From contig OZ024747.1 in assembly GCA_964016885.1 (NCBI GenBank), positions 50,530,001-50,594,000 of the forward strand: a stretch of DNA of 64,000 bases, read 5' to 3'. The position numbers and the translations under genes are program-made. Every line of letters begins with the position of its first letter. The first letter of the stretch is position 1. Under the pieces are notes generated by a model. That model searched no databases. It worked only from the letters and a program-made list of their open reading frames with translations, and was not told the origin of the DNA. Below, one piece after another: positions 26,701-39,409 of this stretch. This DNA comes from Eledone cirrhosa (lineage: Eukaryota).

Positions 26701-27635
26701 TCACTTAGGATTAGGAAAGCAAGTGATGCTTTCGGAAAGCTAGAAAGGCGACTCTGGGGTCGGCGAGACATATGCAGGAGGACAAAGGTAAGGGTGTACA
26801 GGGCATGTGTACTCTCTTGTCTTCTTTATGCCTGCGAGACCTGGGTCACATATCGACGCCACCTTAAGCAATTGGAGCTTTTCCATCAGATGTGTCTCAG
26901 ACGGATACATGGCGTTCACTGGAGGGACCACATCAGTGATGTCGAGATTTTGGAAAGCTCTATGTGTGACAGTATAGAAGCTCTTGTGCTTAAGCAGCGA
27001 CTCCGTTGGAGTGGTCACCTTGCCAGGATGAAGGATTCTAGAATACCAAAACAACTCTTCTATGGAGAGTTGGTTAAAGGAAAACGACCGCCACATAAAC
27101 CAAAAAAGAGGTATAAGGATTCCTTGAAGGCCTCTCTGAAAGACGCTAACATCTCTGCTGATACATGGGAAAATATTGCTGCTGATCGTAATAAATGGAG
27201 AAAGACTGTATATGAGGGAAAAGTTGCCTTTGAGGCATCTCGAATCGCACACGAGAAAGTAAAGCGGGACGTGAGGAAGCGTATTGCTGTTGCACTTCCA
27301 GACGGCGAGGGTCCTCCTATGTTTCTGACATGCAGCGTCTGTGCGAGACTCTGCCTAAGCAAAGCTGGACTCGAAAGTCATCTTCGCAGTCATAAAGTAA
27401 GACCAGTGGTTGACTACCAGGCTGTTGTTGGAGATGCTACTCATCATGCTTGCCAAACATGTGGTAGAGAATGTAAATCAGCAGGAGGACTCAAGCGACA
27501 TGCAAAAGTACACGAACTCCAACCACAGCCGACTATTCCCAGTAAATGTTTTGGTTGCCGACTCTGTGCAAGACATTTTAGATCATTGGCTGGGCTAAAA
27601 AGCCACATTCGATCGCAGCACTGTTAGTTGCTATC

Positions 27636-27673
<38 letters not shown>

Positions 27674-27754
27674 GCTTATGTGCGTGCGTGTGTGTGTATA
27701 TATATATGAATATGTATATTATTATTGTTGTTGTCGTTATTATTATTATTGCTA

Positions 27755-27807
<53 letters not shown>

Positions 27808-27929
27808 GTTATTAATGTATGTGTGTATATATGTGTGAGTGTATGTGTATGTATGTGTGTGTGTATATATGTATGTATGTGTATGTATGTGTGTGTGTAT
27901 ATATATGTGTATGTATATATATATGTATA

Positions 27930-27966
<37 letters not shown>

Positions 27967-27988
27967 TTTCCCTTTTTTTTATTTTTTT

Positions 27989-28054
<66 letters not shown>

Positions 28055-28113
28055 TTTTTTTTTTTTTTTTTTATTGTGCAATGGCCATACTCGATAACGA
28101 GGGGGCAGCCATC
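23705..28113 (+). mobile_element. Near full-length RTE-clade LINE
   Basis: 5' UTR, single ORF, 3' end GGCCATACTCGATAACGAGGGGGCAGCCATC followed by (ATGT)n. Confidence 0.95.
24082..27627 (+). pseudogene. RTE polyprotein: APE endonuclease, RT and three C2H2 zinc fingers, one in-frame TGA at 24919-24921
   Basis: GCWNVRTL, ALSETR, LGDFNARVG, WTDH, YRGISLL, DLTKAFD, GVKQG, LLYADD. The two track ORFs are in the same frame. Confidence 0.95.
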
Positions 28114-28158
28114 ATGTATGTATGTATGTATGTATGTATGTATGTATGTATGTATGTA

Positions 28159-28560
28159 TGACCCCTTAGCCTTTGTCAAGGCAGAATTCTAGGAGAAGGA
28201 AAACTCTGATATAACACCTGCAACCCTGATGGTATCCAATGATGTTGACCTGTTCTTCTTTTTGGTAAATATCATCTTGGTTAAGAGAGTGGGACTGGCT
28301 TTGTGCAGTGCCTTTGCTCACTATAAAAGCTTCACGGCACAGGCATTGCTTTATATCTGGAGATCTCTCTGCACTTGTCGTCACATAGTACCATGGGCCC
28401 AGCACTATGTGTCAGTAATTGTCACAAGTGTAGTGTTTGTACCAGAGATTTTAAGTTGCTGGCTGGACTGAAAAGTCACACTCATTCAGCGCATCGGTAG
28501 GGGTTCTCCTACATGGATATAAAGTAGTGGCCGTACTCGAAAACGAGTTGGCAGCCACCA
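28159..28560 (+). mobile_element. RTE-derived bipartite short element type B, 5'-truncated
   Basis: Near-identical to 31334-31731; retains CSVCTRDFKLLAGLKSHTHSAH coding. Confidence 0.85.
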
Positions 28561-28619
28561 TGTATGTATGCGATATTCCACTATGTATGTATGCGATACA
28601 GCCACTATGTATGTATGCG

Positions 28620-29912
28620 ATATTCCTTCTTTGCTGCCTTGCTCTCACATGCTTTCCATGATTGTGAAAGACGCATTCTTTACGGTACAGAACCACTGGA
28701 AAGGTTTTCAACTTAAGAAGGTTTAATGCCAAGACAAAACATTTTGAAGCTTTGATCAGAGACCTTTACGCCGACGACGCTGACTTCCTAGCATACACAG
28801 AAGCTGATATGCAACACATTATGTTTTTCATCCTCGTGTACAGCATTTGGGCTTACAATCAGCCTTAAAAATACAAAAGTAATGTTTACCCCTGCTCCCT
28901 AGAGAACCACATACTGAACCCAATATCATGGTTGATGGAACCAGGTTGGGAGTAGTAGATAGCTTCTTGGATGCTGAAATACATCTGCGCATCCAGAAGG
29001 CTTCTGTTGCCTTCTGAAAAGTGGAAAAGGGAGTTTGGGTAAATCGCAACATTACCAACAATACCAAGGTGTGTGTGTGTGTGTATAGATCATGTGTTCT
29101 CTTTACTCTTTTATACTCCGCCGAAATCTGGACACTATTCCGCAAGCACACCAAATTGCTTGAGCGTTTTCATCAGAAATGTTTAAGGCGCATATACAAC
29201 ATCAAGTGGCAAGACAGAACTCCTGACATCCATGTTCTTATCAAAGCAGAATGTCCAAGCGTTGAGTCCCAAGTAACATCTCAAATGCGCTGGACAGGGT
29301 TTATCGTCCGCATGAAAGAAAACAGGATCCCGAAGAAACTGTTTTACGGTGTAAAACAGTTTTTCCATCTTGGAAAAAGACCTCAACACAAACCGAAAAT
29401 GAGGTTCAGGGACAGCATCAAGAACAATCTCAATCTCAGCTGGCATTTGATATAGACAACTGGGAGGAGATAGCTCTAAATAGGGCTGAGTACGGAAAGT
29501 GCATAAAGGGCAGTTGCAAAACCTTTGAGGAATCTCGACTAGAACATAAACAACTGAAGTGTCAGCACTCGAAGGGTTGTGCTCACAGTCTTGATGAAGT
29601 CATCAGTAGTTGGATATGAAAGTTCTGTCAGCGTGTGTACTCCTCTCAAAGGATGGTTATGTTAATCACCTGAAGTCACATGCAAGGATACCCCCCCCCC
29701 CTGCAACACCACTCAACAAAGACCTGGCGAAACAACGTAGAACTAGTTCCGTACTAAAAAGACACATGGTGGTAAAGCACAACTCTCGTTTGTCACCTGT
29801 GTCATAAACCAAAGTCATCTACGAAGTCATCTACGAAGTCATGGACGCAGATGGGACGATAACGAAGATTCAATAAGAGACGGCAATCGTCTGTGAAGAC
29901 GATGCAATCTTA
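28620..29912 (+). mobile_element. Second RTE LINE, 5'-truncated and decayed
   Basis: YADD remnant, LLYSAEIW..RIPKKLFYG..KRPQHKPK, zinc-finger remnant, (TATG)n tail. Confidence 0.85.
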
Positions 29913-30011
29913 ATGTATGCCTGTATGTATGTATGTATGTATGTATGTATGTATGTATGTATGTATGTATGTGTGTATGTATGTATGTGTGTGTGTATGT
30001 ATGTATGTATG

Positions 30012-30540
30012 TTTTCTCTTTCTCTTAATTTCGAGTATATTTTTTTGACCGGCCACCTTCCTGGTGGCAAGGTTGTAAAAGAAAAGAAATTGTCATCCCT
30101 TGAATCGCAAGAATGTTTTGCATATTTTGAAGGTGCCAGCTATCGCAGCCATTTGTAGACTATGAATTAGGGAGCTGCGCTTTTTGTCCGCAAATCCAAG
30201 TTCGGTCATACTTTGGTCCAAGCGGGTTGGTATATAACCCGTAGCACCAATAATGATGGGTATGAAGCTAAAGGTGTATCTTGGATACTGGATTTGTAAG
30301 CTCCTCATCAATGGTCCGTAGATGTCCTCCTTCTCCTGTATTTTTCTGACAACGTTTACATCAAGTGGGCAGCTGATCTCCACAACAGAACACGTTTTCA
30401 ATGTGTGGTCCCAAACTACAATATCAGGCCGGTTGTGCTTTATTTTGGTGGCAGTTTTTATTTTCAGGTTCCACCAGTATTCCTTAGTGCCATCTGTCTC
30501 AATATATTCTTCCTCGTTTGTTGTTAATTTTGTAATTATG
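30012..30540 (-). mobile_element. R4-like LINE 3' end (restriction-like endonuclease)
   Basis: KHNRPDIVVWD..VVEISCP..EKEDIYGPL..IPIIIGATG. Confidence 0.85.
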
Positions 30541-30659
30541 TATGTATGTATGTATGTATGTATGTATGTATGTATGTATGTATGTATGTATGTATGTATG
30601 TATGTATGTATGTATGTATATGTATATGTGTATATACATGGGTGCATGTGTATGTATAT

Positions 30660-31009
30660 GCGCGGGGACATAGAAATAGTTGGGCTGGACACCCGATCGC
30701 GCGGTTAAACCACCGGGAGTGAAGACCCCTAGTCTTTATCAGGACATTCTTCTAGGAGAAGGCAACTCAGGAAACTGGGATAACTCCGACATAAAACCTG
30801 CGGCTCAGTAGTTACCGATGATGTTGATCTTTTCTTCTTTTCGGATTATAGCTACTGTCGCTCAGAGAGTGGGATTGGCTCAGTGCACAGTCTCTCCTCA
30901 CTTTAACAAATATCTTCACGCACAGGCATTGCACAATAGAATTAATTAATAATTATTAATAGTGGTATATCGTGTAATGGCCATACTCGATAATGAGGGG
31001 GCAGCCATC
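30660..31009 (+). mobile_element. RTE-derived bipartite short element type A
   Basis: Matches the RTE 5' UTR 23705-24005 joined directly to the RTE 3' terminus 28075-28113. Confidence 0.9.
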
Positions 31010-31125
31010 ATGTATGTATGTATGTATGTATGTATGTATGTATGTATGTATGTATGTATGTATGCATGTATGTATGTATGTATGTAAGTATGTATGTATA
31101 TATGTATGTATGTATGTATGTATGT

Positions 31126-31731
31126 GTCAGGTCACCAGTTGGTGCTACTGGTAACATGTATCCCAGTACAACCTGTCTCATGGTTGGGTCGTTGGCGACT
31201 AAACTGGCAACCCCACCAAGGTTTCTTGGTGAGGAGGGTGACTTTGGACATCCTGCAGGACTAAAAACAAAAGCTGTCAAAGGGCAAATGAGCTCTTAAG
31301 AGTCAATGGCCATCCGAAATCACCGGGAGAGATGACCCCTTAGCCTTTGTCAAGGCAGAATTCTAGGAGAAGGAAAACTCTGATATAACACCTGCAACCC
31401 TGATGGTATCCAATGATGTTGACTTGTTCTTTTTGGTAAATATCATCTTGGTTAAGAGAGTGGGACTGGCTTTGTGCAGTGCCTTTGCTCACTATAAAAG
31501 CTTCACGGCACAGGCATTGCTTTATATCTGGAGATCTCTCTGCACTTGTCGTCACATGGTACCTTGGGCCCAGCACTATGTGACAATAATTGTCACAGGT
31601 GTAGTGTTTGTACCAGAGTTTACAAGTCGCTGGCTGGACTAAAAAGTCACACTCATTCAGCGCATCGGTAGGGGTTCTCCTACATGGATATAAAGTAGTG
31701 GCCGTACTCGAAAACGCGTTGGCAGCCACCA
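31126..31731 (+). mobile_element. RTE-derived bipartite short element type B
   Basis: RTE-like 5' UTR, last C2H2 finger (31600-31665), 3' end and (TATG)n. Confidence 0.85.
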
Positions 31732-31854
31732 TGTATGTATGTATGTATGTATGTATGTATGTATGTATGTATGTATGTATGTATGTGTACATGCATGTAT
31801 GTAAGTATGTATGCATGTATGTATATATGTGGCGGTGGTGATATTTATAGTGAT

Positions 31855-32450
31855 TGTTGTTGGTGAAGGTGGTGATGGTGGTGATGGTGGTGGCGGTAGT
31901 GTTGGTGGTGCTGGTAGTGGTGGTGGTGGTAGTGTTGGTGGTAGTGGTGCTATGGTGGTAGTGGTGGTAGTAGTGGTGGTGGTGGTGGTGGCGGTAGTGT
32001 TGGTGGTAGTGGTGGTAGTGGTGGTAGTAGTGGTGGTGGTGGTGGCGGTGGTGGCGGTAGTGTTGGTGGTCGTGGTGGTAGTGGTGGTAGTGGTGGTAGT
32101 AGTGGTGGTGGCGGTAGTGTTGGCGGTAGTGTTGGTGGTCGTGGTGGTAGTGGTGGTAGTGGTGGTAGTGGTGGTAGTAGTGGTGGTGGCCGTAGTGTTG
32201 GTGGTAGTGGTGGTAGTGGTGGTAGTGGTGGTAGTAGTGGTGGCGGTAGTGTTGGTGGTAGTGGTGGTAGTGGTAGTAGTTGTGGTGATGGTAGGTATAT
32301 TGGTAGCGATGAAGGTGATGGTAATAATTTTTTTGATAGTGATAGTGGCAGTTGTAGTGGTAGTGGTGGTGATAATGTTAAAGGTAGTAGTAGTGGTGGT
32401 AGTGATTGAGGTAATACCTGGTCTAGTGGTTGGTGGTGGTGTGAGGGCGA
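31855..32450. repeat. (GGT/AGT)n low complexity
   Basis: Direct reading. Confidence 0.95.
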
Positions 32451-33059
32451 GGCGGTGGAAAGAGAGGAGGAGGGGGAGGCGGATTATCTCTATTATATTC
32501 TCTTACATTCTCTTCCCTCATCATTTAGTCATTCCCAAACAAGAACATCAGAATTCCACCTCCCACAGACACTGTTGTTGTCACTTGCACCTTCTTACTC
32601 ATCTCTCATGGAGAGTAGAGGGGGGAAGGTAAGAGAGGGTGAGTGTGTGTGTGGGAGGGGGGGAGATATAGGAATGAAGAGTGGGAGGGATGGAGAGAGA
32701 GAGAAGGTGTGAGAGAAGAGAGGGGAGAGTGGGGAAGAGTAAAGATACAGGTATGGAGAGGGAAAGAAGAAGAGAAGGAGAGAAAGGAGGGAAGAAGGGA
32801 GAGATAGAGAGAGAGGTAGGAGAGAGAGAGAGAGGTAGGAGAGAGAGAGGGGTAGGATGAGAGGTAGGGAGAGGGAGAGAGAGTGGGAGAGAGAGAGAGG
32901 GGTAGAGAGAGAGATCGGGTGAGAAGTCGATAAAAAGAGAGAGAAGGGAGAGAGAGAGGGAAAGAGAGAGTGTGTGGGACAGTTAGGTTATATTTTATGC
33001 TTTTCTCAAATTTTCTTACCTTTTTCTGTGTAGTCTTGTTGTTGTTGTTGTTGTTCTTA

Positions 33060-34697
33060 TTGTGATATATGCTGTTGTTGTCGTTCATGATGTTGTTTTT
33101 GACACTGTTATTATTGTTGTTGTTGGTGTTGTTGGTGTTGGTGTTGTTGGTGGTGGTGTTGTTGTTGTTGTTGGTGTTGGTGTTGTTGTTGGTGTTTTGG
33201 TGTTGGTGTTGTTGGTGGTGTTGTTGTTGTTGGTGTTGTTGGTGTTGGTGTTCTTGGTGGTGGTGTTGTTGTTGTTGGTGTTGGTGTTGTTGTTGGTGTT
33301 GGTGTTTTGGTGTTGGTGTTGTTGGTGGTGTTGTTGTTGTTGGTGTTGTTGGTGGTGGTGTTGTTGTTGGTGTTGGTGTTGTTGGTAGTGTTGGTGTTGT
33401 TGGTGTTGGTGTTGTTGTTGTTGTTGGTGTTGTTGTTGGTGTTGGTGTTGTTGGTGTTGTTGGTGTTGTTGGTGTTGGTGTTGGTGTTGTTGGTGTTGGT
33501 GTTGTTGTTGTTGGTGTTGGTGTTGGTGTTGGTGTTGTTGTTGTTGTTGGTGTTGTTGGTGTTGGTGTTGGTGTTGTTGGTGTTGTTGTTGTTGGTGGTG
33601 GTGTTGGTGGTGGTGTTGTTGTTGGTGTTGGTGTTGTTGGTGGTGGTGTTGTTGGTGGTGGTGTTGTTGTTGGTGTTGGTGTTGTTGGTGGTGGTGTTGT
33701 TGGTGGTGGTGTTGTTGTTGGTGTTGTTGTTGGTGTTGGTGTTGTTGGTGTTGGTGTTGTTGGTGGTGGTGTTGTTGTTGGTGTTGGTGTTGTTGGTGGT
33801 GGTGTTGTTGTTGGTGTTGTTGGTGGTGTTGTTGTTGTTGGTGTTGGTGTTGTTGGTGGTGTTGGTGTTGTTGGTGTTGTTGGTGGTGGTGTTGTTGTTG
33901 GTGTTGGTGTTGTTGGTGTTGGTGTTGTTGTTGGTGTTGGTGTTTTGGTGTTGTTGGTGGTGTTGTTGTTGTTGGTGTTGTTGTTGGTGTTGGTGTTGTT
34001 GTTGGTGGTGTTGTTGTTGGTGTTGGTGTTGTTGGTGGTGTTGGTGTTGTTGGTGTTGGTGTTGTTGGTGGTGTTGGTGTTGGTGTTGGTGTTGTTGTTG
34101 GTGGTGTTGTTGTTGGTGTTGGTGTTGTTGGTGGTGTTGGTGTTGTTGGTGTTGGTGTTGTTGGTGGTGTTGGTGTTGGTGTTGTTGTTGTTGTTGGTGT
34201 TGTTGGTGTTGTTGTTGTTGGTGGTGGTGGTGTTGGTGTTGGTGTTGTTGTTGTTGTTGGTGTTGTTGGTGTTGGTGTTGGTGTTATTGGTGTTGTTGTT
34301 GTTGGTGGTGGTGTTGGTGGTGGTGTTGTTGTTGGTGTTGGTGTTGTTGGTGGTGGTGTTGTTGGTGGTGGTGTTGTTGTTGGTGTTGGTGTTGTTGGTG
34401 GTGGTGTTGTTGGTGGTGGTGTTGTTGTTGGTGTTGTTGTTGGTGTTGGTGTTGTTGGTGTTGGTGTTGTTGGTGGTGGTGTTGTTGTTGGTGTTGGTGT
34501 TGTTGGTGGTGTTGGTGTTGTTGGTGTTGTTGGTGGTGGTGTTGTTGTTGGTGTTGGTGTTGTTGGTGTTGGTGTTGTTGTTGGTGTTGGTGTTTTGGTG
34601 TTGTTGGTGGTGTTGTTGTTGTTGGTGTTGTTGTTGGTGTTGGTGCTGGTGTTGGTGTTGGTGTTGTTGTTGTTGGTGTTGTTGGTGTTGTTGGCTG

Positions 34698-34731
<34 letters not shown>

Positions 34732-35335
34732 GGTGTTGTTGTTGGTGTTGGTGTTGTTGGTGTTGGTGTTGGTGTTGTTGGTGGTGGTGTTGTTGTTGTT
34801 GGTGTTGTTGGTGGTGTTGGTGTTGTTGGTGTTGGTGTTGTTGGTGTTGGTGTTGGTGTTGGTGTTGTTGGTGGTGTTGTTGTTGTTGGTGTTGTTGTTG
34901 TTGGTGTTGGTGTTGTTGGTGTTGTTGGTGGTGGTGTTGTTGTTGGTGGTGTTGTTGTTGGTGTTGGTGTTGTTGGTGGTGGTGTTGTTGTTGGTGTTGT
35001 TGTTGGTGTTGTTGGTGTTGGTGTTGGTGTTGTTGGTGTTGGTGGTGTTTGTGTTGTTGTTGTTGGTGGTGGTGTTGGTGGTGGTGTTGTTGTTGGTGTT
35101 GGTGTTGTTGGTGGTGGTGTTGTTGTTGGTGTTGGTGTTGTTGGTGGTGTTGGTGTTGTTGGTGTTGTTGGTGGTGGTGTTGTTGTTGGTGTTGGTGTTG
35201 TTGGTGTTGGTGTTGTTGTTGGTGTTGGTGTTTTGGTGTTGTTGGTGGTGTTGTTGTTGTTGGTGTTGTTGTTGGTGTTGGTGCTGGTGTTGGTGTTGGT
35301 GTTGTTGTTGTTGGTGTTGTTGGTGTTGTTGGCTG

Positions 35336-35381
<46 letters not shown>

Positions 35382-37628
35382 GGTGTTGTTGTTGGTGTTG
35401 GTGTTGTTGGTGTTGGTGTTGGTGTTGTTGGTGGTGGTGTTGTTGTTGTTGGTGTTGTTGGTGGTGTTGGTGTTGTTGGTGTTGGTGTTGTTGGTGTTGG
35501 TGTTGGTGTTGGTGTTGTTGGTGGTGTTGTTGTTGTTGGTGTTGTTGTTGTTGGTGTTGGTGTTGTTGGTGTTGTTGGTGTTGTTGGTGGTGGTGTTGTT
35601 GTTGGTGTTGGTGTTGTTGTTGGTGGTGTTGTTGTTGGTGTTGGTGTTGTTGGTGGTGGTGTTGTTGTTGGTGTTGTTGTTGGTGTTGTTGGTGTTGGTG
35701 TTGGTGTTGTTGGTGTTGGTGGTGTTTGTGTTGTTGTTGTTGGTGGTGGTGTTGGTGGTGGTGTTGTTGTTGGTGTTGGTGTTGTTGGTGGTGGTGTTGT
35801 TGTTGGTGTTGTTGGTGGTGGTGTTGTTGTTGGTGTTGGTGTTGTTGTTGGTGTTGGTGTTGTTGGTGTTGTTGTTGGTGTTGGTGTTGTTGGTGGTGGT
35901 GTTGTTGTTGGTGTTGGTGTTGTTGGTGTTGGTGTTGTTGGTGGTGGTGTTGTTGTTGGTGTTGTTGGTGGTGGTGTTGTTGTTGGTGTTGGTGTTGTTG
36001 TTGGTGTTGGTGTTGTTGGTGTTGTTGTTGGTGTTGGTGTTGTTGGTGGTGGTGTTGTTGTTGGTGTTGGTGTTGTTGGTGTTGGTGTTGTTGTTGGTGT
36101 TGGTGTTTTGGTGTTGTTGGTGTTGTTGGTGTTGGTGTTTTGGTGTTGTTGGTGGTGTTGTTGTTGTTGGTGTTGGTGTTGTTGGTGGTGTTGGTGTTGT
36201 TGGTGTTGTTGGTGGTGGTGTTGTTGTTGGTGTTGGTGTTGTTGGTGGTGTTGGTGTTGTTGGTGTTGTTGGTGTTGGTGGTGTTGTTGTTGTTGGTGTT
36301 GTTGTTGGTGTTGGTGTTGTTGTTGGTGTTGGTGTTTTGGTGTTGTTGGTGGTGTTGTTGTTGTTGGTGTTGTTGGTGGTGTTGGTGTTGTTAGTGTTGT
36401 TGGTGGTGGTGTTGTTGTTGGTGTTGGTGTTGTTGGTGGTGTTGTTGTTGTTGTTGGTGTTGTTGTTGTTGGTGTTGGTGTTGTTGGTGTTGGTGTTGTT
36501 GTTGTTGGTGTTGTTGGTGGTGGTGTTGGTGTTTGTGTTGGTGTTGTTGTTGTTGGTGTTGTTGGTGTTGTTGGCTGTGTTGTTGTTGTTGTTGTTGTTG
36601 TTGTTGGTGTTGTTGTTGTTGGTGTTGGTGTTGTTGGTGTTGGTGTTGGTGTTGTTGGTGGTGGTGTTGTTGTTGTTGGTGTTGTTGGTGGTGGTGTTGT
36701 TGTTGGTGTTGGTGTTGTTGGTGGTGGTGTTGTTGTTGGTGTTGTTGTTGTTGGTGTTGGTGTTGTTGGTGTTGGTGTTGGTGTTGTTGGTGGTGTTGTT
36801 GTTGTTGGTGGTGGTGTTGTTGTTGGTGTTGGTGTTGTTGGTGGTGGTGTTCTGGTTGGTGTTGTTGTTGTTGGTGTTGGTGTTGTTGGTGTTGGTGTTG
36901 GTGTTGTTGGTGGTGTTGTTGTTGTTGGTGTTGTTGTTGTTGGTGTTGGTGTTGTTGGTGTTGTTGGTGGTGGTGTTGTTGTTGGTGGTGTTGTTGTTGG
37001 TGTTGGTGTTGTTGTTGGTGTTGTTGGTGTTGGTGTTGTTGGTGTTGGTGGTGTTGGTGTTGTTGTTGTTGGTGGTGGTGTTGTTGTTGGTGGTGGTGTT
37101 GGTGGTGGTGTTGTTGTTGGTGTTGGTGTTGTTGGTGGTGGTGTTGTTGGTGGTGGTGTTGTTGTTGGTGTTGGTGTTGTTGGTGGTGGTGTTGTTGTTG
37201 GTGTTGTTGGTGGTGGTGTTGTTGTTGGTGTTGGTGTTGTTGATGTTGGTGTTGTTGTTGTTGGTGGTGTTGTTGTTGTTGGTGTTGTTGGTGGTGGTGT
37301 TGTTGTTGGTGGTGGTGTTGGTGGTGGTGTTGTTGTTGGTGTTGGTGTTGTTGGTGTTGGTGTTGTTGGTGGTGGTGTTGTTGTTGGTGTTGGTGTTGGT
37401 GGTGGTGTTGTTGTTGGTGTTGTTGTTGGTGGTGTTGTTGTTGGTGGTGGTGTTGTTGGTGTTGGTGTTGTTGTTGTTGTTGGTGGTGTTGTTGTTGTTG
37501 GTGTTGTTGGTGGTGGTGTTGTTGTTGGTGGTGTTGTTGGTGTTGTTGGTGTTGGTGTTGGTGTTGGTGTTGGTGTTGTTGTTGGTGTTGGTGTTATTCG
37601 TGTTCTGGCTGCTGTTTAACGTTGAGTT

Positions 37629-37705
<77 letters not shown>

Positions 37706-37760
37706 GGTGGTGGTGGTGGTGGTGTAGGTGTTCGTGGTGGTGGTGTTGTTGTCAGTAATG
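33060..37760. repeat. About 4.7-kb (GTT/GGT)n array
   Basis: Almost purely G/T on the + strand. Confidence 0.97.
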
Positions 37761-38152
37761 TTGTTGTTGTCATTGCGAGTGAATATTTCTTTGTTGATGT
37801 TGTTTTTGTTATTGTTAGAAGAAATATTTCTTTTGTTTTGTTTTTACTTTATTATTATTGTAGTTGTCATATTCTCTCCATGTTGGCTTTTATTTCTATA
37901 TTTCTTTGAAATGGTGCCTCTCTTTATTTACGTCCCTAACTGTGTGTCAGCGCCTGCATGTGTGTTTGTGTATGTGTGAGTACGAGCTTATATCTGCCTG
38001 CGTAATTTTGTGCGTGTGTGTGTGTGTGTGTGTGTGTTTGCTTATATATCTGTGTATGTGTTGTTAATGTGTGTGCGTGTGTGTATGAGTGTGCATGTGA
38101 TTGTGAATCTATGTGTATGTTGTACATGTGTGCGTGCGTGTTGGTTTACTTG

Positions 38153-38185
<33 letters not shown>

Positions 38186-38318
38186 TCGTATATTCTCAAG
38201 ACTTTACATTATTGTCTCCCTTTCTTTCTACACTTTACTTGTTCTTTGTGTCACAAACACACACACACAAACACACAACACACATATATATGCATATATA
38301 TATGTGTACATATATATG

Positions 38319-38366
<48 letters not shown>

Positions 38367-38420
38367 TATATATATATATATGCATATATATATATTTATA
38401 TATATATATATATATATATA

Positions 38421-38509
<89 letters not shown>

Positions 38510-38530
38510 ATATATATATAAAATATATAA

Positions 38531-38565
<35 letters not shown>

Positions 38566-38624
38566 AATATATATATAAAATAGATAATTATATATATATA
38601 TAGTTTTATATACATATATATTTA

Positions 38625-38701
<77 letters not shown>

Positions 38702-38720
38702 TTATATACATATATATTTA

Positions 38721-38752
<32 letters not shown>

Positions 38753-38780
38753 GTTTTATATACATATATATTTATATATG

Positions 38781-38909
<129 letters not shown>

Positions 38910-38917
38910 GTATATAA

Positions 38918-38987
<70 letters not shown>

Positions 38988-39409
38988 TTGTTTATGTATG
39001 TGGTGGGGACGTAATATGCGTGTGTGTTTGTATTTGTGTGATGTACTTTATCGTTATGACATCTCTGCGGCAGACAATCGGACCCGGCATGGAATGCTAT
39101 GCTGGTATGTAATTTTCTATTCCAACTAATCTATCGCAATAGGATAAGTAAACAATATAGTAACAGCGTGTCTATCTATTTGTATGTTTGAATATATATA
39201 CCCCCCCCCCCCTCTCCTACACATACACACACACATCTATCTATCTATATATATATCCATATATGTATATACATATATATATACACACACATGCTGGATT
39301 TACTACAATCGTACTTTCACATCTAAGTTGTCTGTTAATCTCTCTACAATTATTAATGGCAATCGACAGCTAACTTGGCAGAGCGAATGGGCAGTGATAT
39401 GACGTGGCA

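Noticed and set aside
33069-37758. 1516-aa and 1483-aa ORFs; Thr/Pro mucin-like reading on the minus strand
   Set aside because: G/T trinucleotide repeats lack stop codons. Frames shift at GGTGTTTTGG, and there is no unique domain or splice support.
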